Shown here piece after piece: positions 12,001 to 24,908 of a DNA stretch of 64,000 nucleotides; the stretch's first letter is position 1; each line of letters begins with the position of its first letter. Source of the DNA: Vitrella brassicaformis CCMP3155 (lineage: Eukaryota > Protista > Chromerida); NCBI GenBank assembly GCA_001179505.1, contig CDMY01000305.1, positions 248,001 to 312,000 of the forward strand, read 5' to 3'. The notes under the pieces are model-generated. The model saw only the letters and a list, made by a program, of their open reading frames with translations, did not search any database and had not been told where the DNA came from. Both the position numbers and the translations under genes were made by a program.

Positions 12001-13569
12001 AAGGCCACGTCCATGTGGCTGCTGGGCCGGTCAGGAGGGTTCATGTCAACACGCGCATGGCCAGCCACAGCCGCACAGTCCACACAGGATATCGCCTGCA
12101 CCAGGCGCACAGAGCAGATGGACACAAACACACGATTTATCCATCCCGTCTTCCTCTCCCCTCTCACTCGGTATCGGTGGAGCATTGCCGTGAGTGCGTC
12201 GATGTCCGGCACAACGCCCGTCACATTGGATGCACTGGTCAGCAGCCCCACAGGCAGGATGCGCCACCCACCGTCCAGCCCACGCCACACGTCAATCTCT
12301 CTCAACACCTCCTCCAGATGGCCCACAGACACCGCACCTGTCCCCTCGTCGATCTCAATATTGACCAGCCCCATGTGCAGACCAACACCACCACTCCCAC
12401 TGTCGTCACCATTCGCCGCCTGTCGGTCTCCCTGGGTGTATGGGAAGGCCGGATGTGACTTGAGCAGTTCTCTGAAGGGCAGTGACCACGAGTGGTGCGC
12501 TGTGGGATCGGTCAGGAAGACGACAGCCCGGCGAGAAGGGCCTGCGAGAGAGGGGGAGGGAGACGAGGGGCCGGGTCTGAGTTTCGCTTGATGGCCTTCA
12601 GAGTGCTGGTGGGCGCGATAGAGAGCCTCGTTCTTGAGTCGAATGCCGCACAGAGTGCACTCACAGGCGCCCCAACGGTCCTCTCGGAAATACCCGTCAC
12701 GCACAGCTGTCAGCCATTCATATGACGCACAATCCATTAGATGATGGAGAGGCTCGTCCATCCACGCAACGAAACGCACCTCCAGCTGCCGTCGCGTCGC
12801 GGATCTGTGCGTCCGGTGCTCTTGCGAGGTCACCGACGGCCCAGCCGCACCGCTCCATGATGGCCACGAACTTGGATATCGCACCCTGTGGATGCATCCA
12901 CCAGCAGGGCATTCCGACACAAACAATGGCCATCAATGGGTGGGTGGCGTCATGCTCACCGTGACCCCTGTGCCGGCGAATATGAGAGCATCCTCGTGGT
13001 TGGCATTCACGTACTGCTTGATGATCTGTCGCGCCTGCAACACACAAACACGCCCACATATGATGAGAGATATGCAGAGATTGTGTGAATGCGCCCTTGG
13101 TGCGATACCTCAGATCTGAAGTAAGTCGACTGTCTGGCTGTTGACGTGGTCAGGGTGTGCGTGTTACCGTAGAGAGGCAACACCTGCACCCACGGACAGG
13201 CAGACAGATTAGCGCAGAGGCAGGGACTAACGCTCAGTGCTGCAGCGGTACCTCTGTTCTGATGAAGTCCTCAATGCTCTCCAGGCTTCGCCCAGAGGCA
13301 GTGAAGTCAGCATACAGCAATCGACGGCTCCCTGACAACACCCACAACCACCCCCACATCAACGCACAAGCCACCATATATGGCAGCGTCGTGATTCTGA
13401 TCTGTTGTGTACCGAATGGTGTCTTGATGACTGCATTCTCTCCGATGATCTGTCGCCTCAGGCCCTCACACACATCGTCGAACGAGGCGTCATCGAACTG
13501 GTGGCTTGTCGGCGTTCCACCGTCATGCTTCGATGAGTGACCCTTGTCAAAAACGTAGCGGACAGGCAT
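9005..13569 (-). CDS. Fusion of a PLP-dependent class-V aminotransferase (cysteine desulfurase-like) with an inserted C2H2 zinc finger and a TtcA-like PP-loop tRNA thiolase; multi-exon
   Basis: N-terminal [36 protein letters not shown] (PLP lysine), [10 protein letters not shown] and [11 protein letters not shown]-terminal [32 protein letters not shown] and DNCPAC. Exons join in frame across GT-AG introns. Confidence 0.88.
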
Positions 13570-13989
13570 GCTGGTCTCCTTTGCCGCGTCGCTTTCTTGT
13601 TTCCCTTCGGCTTAGCTCGCAACACGTAACCGGGATTGAACCGATGCATTCGGAGAGGTCTGGCGCAGATTTGTGCCTCATCTGATCAGCAGAGCGACAC
13701 CTGCTGAGCTGAAAGCTAACTGCACTGAAGAGAATGACCCTTAGCGCACATTCAATCTTAGAGATGGCTTTCGGCCATTGCCTCTTCTTCAAAAAGTGCC
13801 CTCTCCGCACCTTATCGACACACACACGCCCCCCACACACACGATGCATCACAGACATCCATCGCATCCACCTATCCTGGCCGCACTATCGTCCCGGAAG
13901 GTCGGAGATCTTCTCCCCTCTGAGCACACGGCTACCCATCGTCGGTCGGGCAGTTGTAACCCTCACAATTGCCGCGCGTGGCCGTCGCC

Positions 13990-14677
13990 ATGGCCATCAT
14001 CGAGCTGGTTTGGAGCGTTTTCATGCTCGGCCTTAGCTATCTGGTCAACCATGTTGCGGTGGCTGCGGTCTGCGGCATTGTAGCCGCCATCGGGCGACAC
14101 ATCTTCCCCGCGCTGCGTTGCGGCAAAAACATCCTCTTGTTGGTCTTCCGGCTGGCATGTTTTTGCCGCAGCAGTCACCACCACAGTGATCAGCCATGGC
14201 GTCAAACTCGCCCAAAGCCTCATCCCGTCCCTCCTTATAGGCATGGTTCTGTGGACAGTGGCATTCGCCATCGCGTGCGTCATGTACAGAAGTCATTTGA
14301 CCGGCGGCATGGTCGGCGCCGCGAAGATCAGCACCGTACCGGCGGTTCTGCAATTTTTGGATTACAAATGTAGCATCCGGTGCGCGTGATGGAGGGTGGC
14401 CATGGAGGGGCAGACACACGGCATTTAATCCAATCTTCCGTGCACGTGCGTCAGGATATCGATGACCTGGTGGAAGGAGCTCAGGGATACGTTGGTGGAG
14501 AACTACGAGAATGGGTTGGTGGAGGAAGACGTGTACGGGTGGTTGAAGAACTACTTCGATGAGAACATAGAGCTGCTGACTGGCATGCAGCAATGGACTG
14601 CAGAGGCGCGGGCGAGTCTCACGGAACGCATGGGAGCCATCTGGCGTGTCGGCGTGTCGGCGATTGCATTGGCATGA
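13990..14677 (+). CDS. Small unidentified multi-pass membrane protein; exon structure approximate
   Basis: Hydrophobic segments MAIIELVWSVFMLGLSYLVNHVAVAAVCGIVAA and LIPSLLIGMVLWTVAFAIACVMY. Last exon after the acceptor at about 14454 reads TWWKELRDTL...AIALA*. Confidence 0.45.
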
Positions 14678-15005
14678 GTGCATTGAAGACACAATTGACG
14701 GCGTAACGCGATGAATCATAGAGACAGCTGGAGAGACGTGTTTGTCGATATCGGTAAGTCAGTCAGTGTGTTAGCAATCAATGCTGGCCGGCTGGCTGTC
14801 GTGTGTCGGCTGGCCTTGCCCACCTTGATGTGTGCGTGTGCGTACCTGCGTGCAGTTTTTGTTGTGGGTTTCCCTCCTCCTTCCTCTTACCGTTACCCCA
14901 ATTTTTCCCTGCCTGCTTGGTCGGTTGTCTTTTTCCTGTGGTCAGTCAGTCGCGTGTGTATGATCGATGAATGCATGTAATTGAGATATATAATGATCAA
15001 GCGTG

Positions 15006-16232
15006 TTAGGTAGGACGTCCGGTCAGTTCGGTGTGTGTGTCTAGGAGTGAGTGAGTGGGGCTATTTCGGTGGAATTGAGGGAGGTTGTTTGTATTGTGTG
15101 CGTAGCCTCTAATTGACCGAACTGACCCTGCGTGTTGTGGGTTGATATCAATCTCGCACGAAAGTCGTGTCAATTCCTCGCTGGCTGACTTCAATGCACT
15201 CACGTGATTCATTGAATGGTCATTGATTGATTCATCCAATCATCGGCCGTGCTGCGTTATGTGTTCGTGTCCCTCTCATTGTCTGTCGGTCGGTCTGTCC
15301 GTGGCCCTCACTCTCACTCTCACTCTCACCCATCATTGCATCTGTGGAATGTTGAGGGGCCGCATGAAGGTCGACGCGGCCTCCATCAACTCACGCTGAC
15401 GCAAAATGGACATCACACCGATGAGAACACAACACACAGACATGACATGTGTGTGTCTGTGTGTGCACCACCTCGAGTTGTCTGATGGTTTTCATTTTGG
15501 CCTCGTTCTTTCCCCTCTTCTCAGCTTCGATCTCACCCAAACGAATCTATCAAACACACACACAGAGACATGGGCAGTCGGTGTGTTTCGTGTGTCATGT
15601 GTCATCATGATTGGTTTGACCTCTCGTTGTTCTGTTTTGATTTGCTGTTGTGTCATTGGGATGGGCGGCGGCAGACTCTTGACGCGGGCCAACTGGGCGC
15701 GCAAGTAGCGGTCCTCACCTGACCACACACGAGACACACACACATGCAGCAGATGTGTCAGTGTGATCTGCGATGTGTGTGTGTGTGTGTACGTCTGTTG
15801 CAGTTTGCCTCGAGTTCGCTCTCCTCTGCGTCGGCCACGCCACTCTACACAATCACACACACAATCACAGACAGACACCGATGGATGGTCTGCGTGTGTC
15901 TGTGTGTGTGTGTCTTTCATACGATTGTCTGTCGAGTGCGGGCCTCTTCCTCTCGGTCGTCGCGCAGCGCCTCGCGCAACTCATCGGCCTACAAAGACAA
16001 AGGCATGTATGCCACATACAGCGAGACACACACACACAAGCAGAGAGTCAGCGTCTCTGAGTGTCTGTCTGCTGTTGATCCACACGCATGAGCTGACGTG
16101 AATTTTGTCGAGGACGTCCTCATCGTCATTGTGATTGTTGCCTTTGTGTGTGGTCGGTGTGAGTGCCTCTCCCCCGCCGCACAAAAACAGCAGCAGCAAA
16201 GCCACACCCGAGGCAGTCACGCAACGCATCAT
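15006..16232 (-). CDS. Small secreted coiled-coil protein of unknown function; 3' end uncertain
   Basis: Signal peptide MMRCVTASGVALLLLFLCGGGEA. Short exons join in phase: LDKIH|ADELREALRDDREEEARTRQTI|SGVADAEESELEANCNR|REDRYLRAQLARVK..|IRLGEIEAEKRGKNEAKMKTIRQLE. Confidence 0.55.
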
Positions 16233-16314
16233 GGTGGACAGATGGATGGATGGAAATTGACGAGCGACTGACTGACTGCGGCCGATTGGATCGCAATACT
16301 CATTGATTCAATCT

Positions 16315-16362
16315 GTACGTACGTACGTACACGTACGCGTATACATTGACACGTACGTACGT
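16315..16362. repeat. Self-complementary (GTAC)n / ACGT microsatellite in an intergenic region
   Basis: gtacgtacgtacgtac at 16315-16330, followed by acgtacgcgtatac...acacgtacgtacgt. Confidence 0.8.
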
Positions 16363-16552
16363 TTGTTGGACAGACATGTCTGTCGAGCATGTAGCCAGCA
16401 GTGGATCGAAGAGTCTGTACAATTCAGCAAACCAATGCACTTATGTGTATCGACAATCAGGCAGCTGGCTGGCTGGCTGGCTGGCTACTCAATATATAAA
16501 TATTAATTTGGCCTCACACCCTCCCCGGCTCGATCGATCCTTCCGGCCTCAC

Positions 16553-19169
16553 TCACTGCTTCTTGGTCATCTCGATAGTGAATGTGCGTGAGTTGTCCCC
16601 CTCTGTCCCATTGCCATCTGGGATGGGCAGACGCACACCGTAGTACTGCATGCACCGCCGTACACACTGCAGCAGCGCCCTGTCTGCCTCGCCCCCTGCC
16701 GGCGGAAGCCGCACGCACAGATTCACCTCGTCGGGCATCAGCAACAGAGTCAGATCGAACAGCGACTTCAGGCTCGCTGCCATCATGACGTTCCGCCGCT
16801 CGAAGGTCAGCTTCTTGACGGGCGGGGCGAGCGGCGGGGCCAGCACCAGAGGGGGCAGCTCCACGGGCAGAAGCTGACCGGAGATCTCCACACGCTGCAG
16901 CGGGGCCGTCCGATCCTAAAGCGCCAGATTACACACAGGTACGGACACACACGATGTCTGTAAGCTGAGTGGCTGGCTGACTGACCCTGAGGTATCGCAG
17001 ACACTCTGGTGTGGCGGATGGGGCCATGTGAAAGAGATGCAGGCGATCTAGTGAGGCCAATGACGTCACGATGCGGCTCAGGGGGTGGGGCGGGGCGGCA
17101 ATGACGCTGGGGCCGAGTATCGTCATGCCGACGCCGGCGAGGGTGAGCTTCTTAACGTTTGGGTAGCGCCCCGGCTGTGTGAGGAAGTCAGGGATGCTGC
17201 TGAAGTTGTCGTCGTGCAGGTGGAGCACCCCAATCGGATGGCGGTTGAAGGTCACTGCAAAGCTCACAGCGCCGCTACATGGGGGCAGGAAGCTCCACCT
17301 CTGACACATACATCGAACAACACACACACACACAGCGGAATGGATGCATGGCTGGCGGCACACATGAATGGCTCAGTCGTGCTGGCTGGTAGGTAGACTA
17401 CCTGAGGCAGCGGGACGCCCCCATAGGCGATCATCACTGACAGACAGACAACAGACAGACAGACAGACACACAGACAGAAGGACAGAAGGACACGCACTC
17501 CTTCATGCTTGTCGGCATTCTGCTTCTTCATACCAGTTTTGGATTCGGCGGCAAATCCCTCAGCCATCCTCCGGACGATCGGATGGAGAGGCGGCGGGTC
17601 TACGGCGCTGTTCTGGGGCTCAACGCAGTCCAATGTGAAGCTGCAACGGACACAGATACATCGCCCCGAAGAATGAATGCTCTGCAATGCTCTGCGCTGC
17701 ACGTACCAGTTGTCGAAGCTGTACGCCATCTCACATCCAATTGCCTCCAGCTGCTCAATGAACCCGACAGCTGCATATGGACACACACACACACACACAC
17801 GCAACACACACACACAGACACAGACACAGACACAGAGGAAGAGAGAGTGAGAGAAGGGGGACTCGTGTCGGTTGGTTCGTCTCCTCTCCTCACCGCTCAG
17901 CCCGTGTGGCCCGGCGGTGCTCGTCAGCAGGCCAGGCATCCGCTCGTTGACAGACAAGTCATACGACAGGGTCAGCTTTTTCTTCCTCCTATCGTTCCTG
18001 CGGCCCCACAGCTGCCGCAGCACCAAAATGAAGGGATGCAGCGCATCGAAGGGTGCGTCGGGGTGCGACAGGTTGCCTTGAATGCGGATCCAGTCGAGCA
18101 TGGTCAGGTGCGTCATGCTCACAAGGAGCGGGAAGGAATGCGGCAGCCGCCGGGGGTCTGCCGACACACAGACAGACAGACAGACCGACCGACAGGAAGT
18201 GACGAAGGGTACTGGTGTGTATTCTGTGTGGATGGGTGGAGCCTAACATGGCGTGAAAGGGTAGATGTTGAGCCGCTGCAGCTTCTTGGATGTGTTGAGG
18301 AAGTGCGCCAGCGGCTGGTCGATGAACGACTCGGTAAAGCGGTCGAGCGCGTAGCTGTCCCCCTTGCCGTCTGAGCCGTAGTACATGTCGCCCTCCAACT
18401 CAATCAACTGGGGCCTGCACACAAACACCCACACACACACACACCCTCAGAACTGCATCCCCCTTTTCTGTCAGAGCTGCATTGCATACCACTCGAACCC
18501 CTCGGTGACCATGCGCACGAAGTACCGCAGGCTGTCCACACGCAGCTTCTTGATGTGGGGAAACACAATGCGGTCAGCAGGGGGCGTCACAGCAGGCGGG
18601 CTGCCGATCTCCTGCCCCTCAGCGGGGAACTTCTCGCTCTCCATGCCGTCGAATCGAGTGATGACCAGCTTCTGCAGGACGGCGGGCGACCGGCGGATGG
18701 CGGCGATGACCATCTCATTGACGGGCCACTCGTTGGGATCCATTTTGACCACGATGCTCTGGTGGTGCGTGCGCTCCAGCCGACTTCGGACGTGGGGGGG
18801 CAGGTCCCAGAAGATGTGCTTGTCGATGTAGAGATGGCTGTAGAGGGATGACGCTCCGCCGGCCCGCTGATGGTGCGGCTTCATGATGTCGGTAGACGGC
18901 TCGCCGGTGACGCACGTGCAGAAGTGTCGGGACACCTCTGAGAGCTGCTTGGTGCCGTCAGTGGTCGTGAAGAAGGAGCCGGCGTAGGACAACACCTCGT
19001 TGGGCATAGAGCGGAAGCCAGTGAACGGCACCTGCGTGGAGGAATGGACGGACGTGACAATGACAGGCATGACAGTGACGACAGATCTGTCCGTCTGCTT
19101 TTCTGTGTGTCTGCTTACCATCTCGTCCGTCGAGGCAGCAGGCGATTCCTGATCTGGCGATGGATCCAT
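16553..19169 (-). CDS. F-box-like / leucine-rich protein of a lineage-expanded family; multi-exon
   Basis: F-box-like FRSMPNEVLSYAGSFF...LSEVSRHF, then LRR-like segments IVFPHIKKLRV, KKLQRLNI and YPNVKKLTL. Last exon ends ...TIEMTKKQ*. Confidence 0.6.
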
Positions 19170-19522
19170 TGTGGGGAGAACAAGTGATGACTGTGTTCTC
19201 AGCAACACTTCGAAGAAAACTATTTCGCCGATTTCGGATTTGCGAGCCCACGAGTGCGAGCTTGGCTCAAGAATTGAGTCATGTGTGTGTGTGTGTGCGT
19301 TTTCAAAAACAGCACTGTAGGCCGTAGATTCAATTTCGTCGCGCCCGCAGCTGACGTTCTCGCCATCCTCTGCGGGGGCATCGACAGCTGACATCAACAC
19401 TGTGACAGTTGTTGCTGAGAGCGAAGCAGCCGCATCGCATCTGGGCGAGCAGCACCGCGGCACCAGCCCCTCTGATCTTCTGATCTTCTGGCTCATCGAT
19501 CAGATTCTCCCTTTGTCTGACG

Positions 19523-22500
19523 ATGGACCGTGCCATGGCAGGGAAGCGGCACGAGCCAGATGATCCAGATCCCGCATCGTCACTGCTTGATTGGATATTC
19601 GATGACGACGATGACGCGCAAGCACAGCCTGCGGCGAAAAGGGCCAGGACGGGCGAAGGTGAGGGTGAGGGTGAGGGTGTCGGCGGTAGCAACAATGGGG
19701 CGGAGAGCGATGGGAGTGTGACTGAGAGGGGTGACAATGACAACAATGGTGACGGTGACAACTGGTGGATGCTGGATGACGACCCGCTACAGCAGAATAG
19801 GTGAGGGGGGCGGGAGGGAAATTGCAGCATCTCTTTGATGTGGTGTGCATGTGTGTGTGTGTGTGTGTGTGTTGGTTTCTTCAGCGAGGGGGATGAGGTC
19901 GCTGGAGATGTTAACGGCATGGACGCAGAGGGCCAGGACCTAGCCACACGTACTGTACACCCAAGCCAATCACCACACATCACATCACACGACAGACCTG
20001 CACTGCACTGATTGCCAAGTGACTTCTGATATCTTCCCTTCCCTCCGCATATATCAGCCCCCGACCCCCTGGCAGCCCTTCCTAATGACTGGAGCTCGGC
20101 CGTCGGCAACCCACTTCGCCCATTCCAGCTGCAGCAGGAGGAACTCGCCACACAGCGGGCAAAGCACCAGGCGGACAGGGCGAAGCGCAAGCAGCACATG
20201 GCTGCGGTAAGTAAGGATGGCCGTAGGAGAGAGGGGATCTACAGGTGACGCTCCTGAGTGAGGCCGTCTATGTGTGTGTTGTGTGGTGCAGGTGGGCAGG
20301 TCTGCTGCTGCGGCGATAGAGATCGAGGACTCTGACTGCGAAGGGCAGGACAGTGATGGGGCTAACAAGGGGCAGGTGAGCGATTGCTTGCACTGCACCG
20401 GTGGGTGCGCGTCATGGGTATGTCCGTCTGTGTGTGTGTGTGCAGGCGATAGCAGCGGCAGATGCCGATAGTGAGCTGATGAGAATGGTGTCGTCGTCGA
20501 CACTCGTCGCGTTCGGCAACCCGCACCCTGCGGTTCTTGCAGAGGTGACACCACACACACACACATGGACAGAAGGAAGGAGAGAGAAAGAGATGAACGT
20601 CATGCGACGAGTGTTTGTTGTCGATGCCAGTCAGCGACGCTGAATGCGGTCAAGCTGCCCCCCCTCCACCCAAGCCAAGAGATCTTCATACCAAAGTACG
20701 CAGTACCCCCACACACCATACGCGCGTCTGTGCGTATGTCTTGTGTCTTGTGTCTTGTGTCTTGTGTCTTGCGTCTTGCGTGTGTGTCCATTAGGTGGGT
20801 GATAGACCACGGCCTGCTGTCTAGCACTCAGCTGGAGTCGTTCATATGCGCATGCCGCCGATCGGACAAAGTACTTACTTCTGCACGCACCCTCCCCCCG
20901 CCCCTCTCTCCATACTCTCTCTGTGTGCAGTTGCTGCCGTCTGGCATGCGGGCTGCGTATGTGTTGGGTGACGGCACCGGCAGCGGCAAAGGGCGCGGAC
21001 TCGCCGCATTCCTCGGACACGTCAACAACAAATCGGTACGCAGCTGCATGCGGTTTCTCTGTCCATGGGCATCTGTCGGGGTGTGTGTGTGTGTGTGTGT
21101 AGGGGCTGAGGCACAACAAGCGTCACGTGTGGTTCAGCATCAGCCCGGACCTCAAGATGGACGCAGAACGGGACATCAGTATGTGTGTACCAATGGCACA
21201 AAACACCACACACACAAACACACGTGATCCGCTCTTTGCTGCTTGTTATCCATCCATGTCTGTCTGCAGAGGATCTGCGCATCGGCCTGAAGATGGCCAC
21301 AATGACGGGTGGGTGGACGCATTGACACGACAGACACGCACCCCAACACAGATGCACCATCAGTGTGTGTCGTGTCCTCAGGCATGCGCTTCGAGTCGAT
21401 GCGTCGCGGCACCAACAGGAGCCTCCTGCAGGACCAGCTCGGCAGCAGTACGGCCGCACACACACACACACACACACACTCGTGCAACAAGCCGTGCACC
21501 TCTCCGTGTGTGTGTGTGTGTGTGGGTGGTCAGGTGATGGTGTGCTCTTCTCGACCTACGCGATGCTGGTGGGCTACGACAGCAGAAGCGCTAAGAAGCC
21601 CAAAGAGGAGCTCAGAATCGACATTCTCAACGGACACACAGCCACACTAAAAGACCCAGAGTAAACACACACACACACACACACACAAAACACACATAAG
21701 CAGAGAGAGAGGACGCCTTTGTGAACCCCCCTCTGTGTGTGTATGTGTGTGTGCAGGTTGACGCGCGTCGGCATGATATACGAGTGGCTGGGCGGTGCTG
21801 ACGCCGAGGGCGCCATCATCTTCGACGAATCCCACAAGGCCAAAGACATCGTACGCACTAAACGCACCCCCCGCACGTGTGCATCTGTCTGTGTGCATGT
21901 GTGTGTGCAGGCGCCGTACTTGCGCAAGAGTGGTGCCGGCAGTGAGCACGACCGCGGCAGGAGGGAGCGGCCCCCTGCCAGCTCCATGACGTCTGTCGTC
22001 GCATGCAAGCTGCAGGCAAGACAGACAGACAGACAGACGGGCAGATGGGCGGATACCCCACACACCAGTGTGCCCATCCATGTGTGTGTCCATCCATCCA
22101 TGTGTGTGTGTGTGTGTCTGTAGGAGATGTGTGCGAAGGCTCATGTGATCTACGCGTCAGCCACGGCGGCGAGCGAGCTGATGAACCTCGGCTACATGCT
22201 CAGACTCGGACTCTGGGGTGGGTGGGCGAGAGAGATGGAGAGAGATGGAGAGAAAGAATTCGCGGCACCCTGCCTGCCTGCATGGGTGTGGGTGCGAGCC
22301 ATTTAGGTCCTGGCACACCGTACGAGAGCCTAGCGATGCTGCACAAGAGCATCAGCCACAATGCTGTCTCAGGCATGGTGCGTGGGGTGGGTGGGTGGCA
22401 CCGGCAACCACACACACGCACACACGCCAATCGCAATCCCACCATGGCCTTCCGATGGTGTTAGTTGTGCGTGTGGTTCTGTGTGTGCAGGAGTGTCTGA

Positions 22501-22659
22501 CGATCAACATGAAGTGTCAGGGTATGCTGTCGTCACGCACAATCTCCTACAAAGGATGCTCCTTCGATGTGCTCAAGGTCAGCCAAACACACAAAGACAC
22601 AGACACACACACACACACACACATACACACACACACGAGAGAGAGAGAGAGAGAGAGGG

Positions 22660-22690
<31 letters not shown>

Positions 22691-24876
22691 AGTCTAGGTG
22701 CCGCACGACGGCGAGTTCACGCGGCTGTACGCCCGCTGCTGCAGCTTCTGGCAGGAGATGTAGTAAGCCGACCCACACCACAAAGTGGTTTCGATTGAGC
22801 ATGTGCGTACTCGTCTGTCTGTGTGGATGTCAGTTTCCTGATGTGCATGGTGACGGATAGCGACTCGCCTGTCCACTGGCACGATGGCAAGGACAGGGAC
22901 AGACGGTAACCCCCCCCNNNNNNNNNNNNNNNNNNNNNNNNNNNNNNNNNNNNNNNNNNNNNNNNNNNNNNNNNNNNNNNNNNNNNNNNNNNNNNNNNNN
23001 NNNNNNNNNNNNNNNNNNNNNNNNNNNNNNNNNNNNNNNNNNNNNNNNNNNNNNNNNNNNNNNNNNNNNNNNNNNNNNNNNNNNNNNNNNNNNNNNNNNN
23101 NNNNNNNNNNNNNNNNNNNNNNNNNNNNNNNNNNNNNNNNNNNNNNNNNNNNNNNNNNNNNNNNNNNNNNNNNNNNNNNNNNNNNNNNNNNNNNNNNNNN
23201 NNNNNNNNNNNNNNNNNCGGTAACCCCCCCCCCCCCCCCCCCACACACACAAATGGTGACTCCCCATCTCTCTTTGTGTCTGTCGGCTGTGTGCGTCTGG
23301 TGTGGTGCAGTGAGGAGTGCGCCTCTGGCAAGTACGACAGCCCAGAGAGCCGGGAGGACTGGTGGGTGCCTACACACAGACACAGACACACAGACGCTCA
23401 TCCACACCAACCCACTCCACACATGTCTGTGTCTCTCTCTTTCCTTCTGTGTCTCGCCGATCACTCAGCATTGCCACCAAGGCGTTCTGGTATGCACACA
23501 CACACACCACACACACATACACACGCGCAGACACACACGCACATCTCTCTCCCTGTGTGTGTGTGTTTGTGTGTGTGGTGTGCACAGGGCGGCCGTCCAG
23601 CGGTTCTTCAAGGTGCTGCAGGTGACGGCCAAGGTGTCGACTGTGGTGCGGCGTGCGAAGCGCGACGTGGCTGAGGGCAAGAGTGTGGTGATATCGATGT
23701 GGTCCACGGGCGAGAGCAGACAGACCGAAGTCGCGGTCAAGGCCATCAAGGATGCCATGTAATGAAACCATACACACACACACGCACACATAGAGACAGA
23801 GGCATAGACACATGTGTCTGTCTGTTTCGGCAGGAAGGAGGATGTCGTTGAGTGTTTGGACGACGTGGAGATGTCTGACGGGAGGCTGTTGAGTGGATTG
23901 GCGCTTCTTCCCATACACACACTGGACAAGGTAGGCAGGCTCCTACAGAGCGGCATCTCTCTCTCTCTCTCTGTATCCATGTGTGTGCACTGCAGTGGGT
24001 GAAGACCCAGAGGCTGGACCATGACGGCAACCTCGTCGAAATCGACGAGTTCAAAAACCGCAAAGAATACATCAGTAAGCGAAGCGAAGCCAAGCGGAGA
24101 GAAGCGGCGATCCACACACACAGACACAGACAGACAGGCACCACCCACCACGGAACGACCTGTCCCCTCCCTGTGTGTCCCATCTATCAGAAAAGCTGAT
24201 CCTCGAGGCACAGCTCCCCTCCAATCCTCTAGACCAAGTCATCGAAGAGTCAGTGCCCCCTCTCCCCCATCGCACACCATGTCCATCTGACGCCTCTATG
24301 TTTCTGCATCATCAGGTTCGGTGGCCCCGAGCACGTGGCCGAGCTCACCGGCCGCCGCAAGAGGTGGGAGAAGCACCCCGTCAGCGGGGGACACAAGAAG
24401 CGCTACGTCGACCGAGGGACATATCGGCTGCTCTCGGACGAGGCCAAAGCCAGGGCCAGCGCCAGGACCAGTAGACGAGAACCAGACGGGGAGAGGGATG
24501 GCAGCAGCAGCACGGCCAGTGTGGCCATGTCGATGAACAACAAGGAGAGGCGCCATTTCCAGGAGGGCGACAAACACGTCGCCGTCATCACCGAGGCAGC
24601 CAGCGCAGGTGCGTCTCTGTGGGAGGGGAGGGTGGGGTGGCGGGCAGATGTCTGTGGTATGTGTTGTCGTGTCCCTTTCTCCGCCTCTCACGTCTGTATG
24701 CGTCAAGGAATATCGCTGCACTGTGACAAGTCTCTCGCGCGCCTCAACTCTCGTCCCAGGGTCATGTACACTCTTGAGCTGCCGTGGTCCGCCGACAAGG
24801 TAGGTAGGTATCTAACCACACCACACCACACGACACCACACAGGGCGGGGAAAGGGAAGGAGAGAGGCCATTACAC

Positions 24877-24908
<32 letters not shown>

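Noticed and set aside
22884-23762. Long ORFs running through the N gaps (also 43148-44181)
   Set aside because: They are artefacts of X translation. The flanking exons join in frame without needing sequence from either gap, and the first gap has duplicated flanks.
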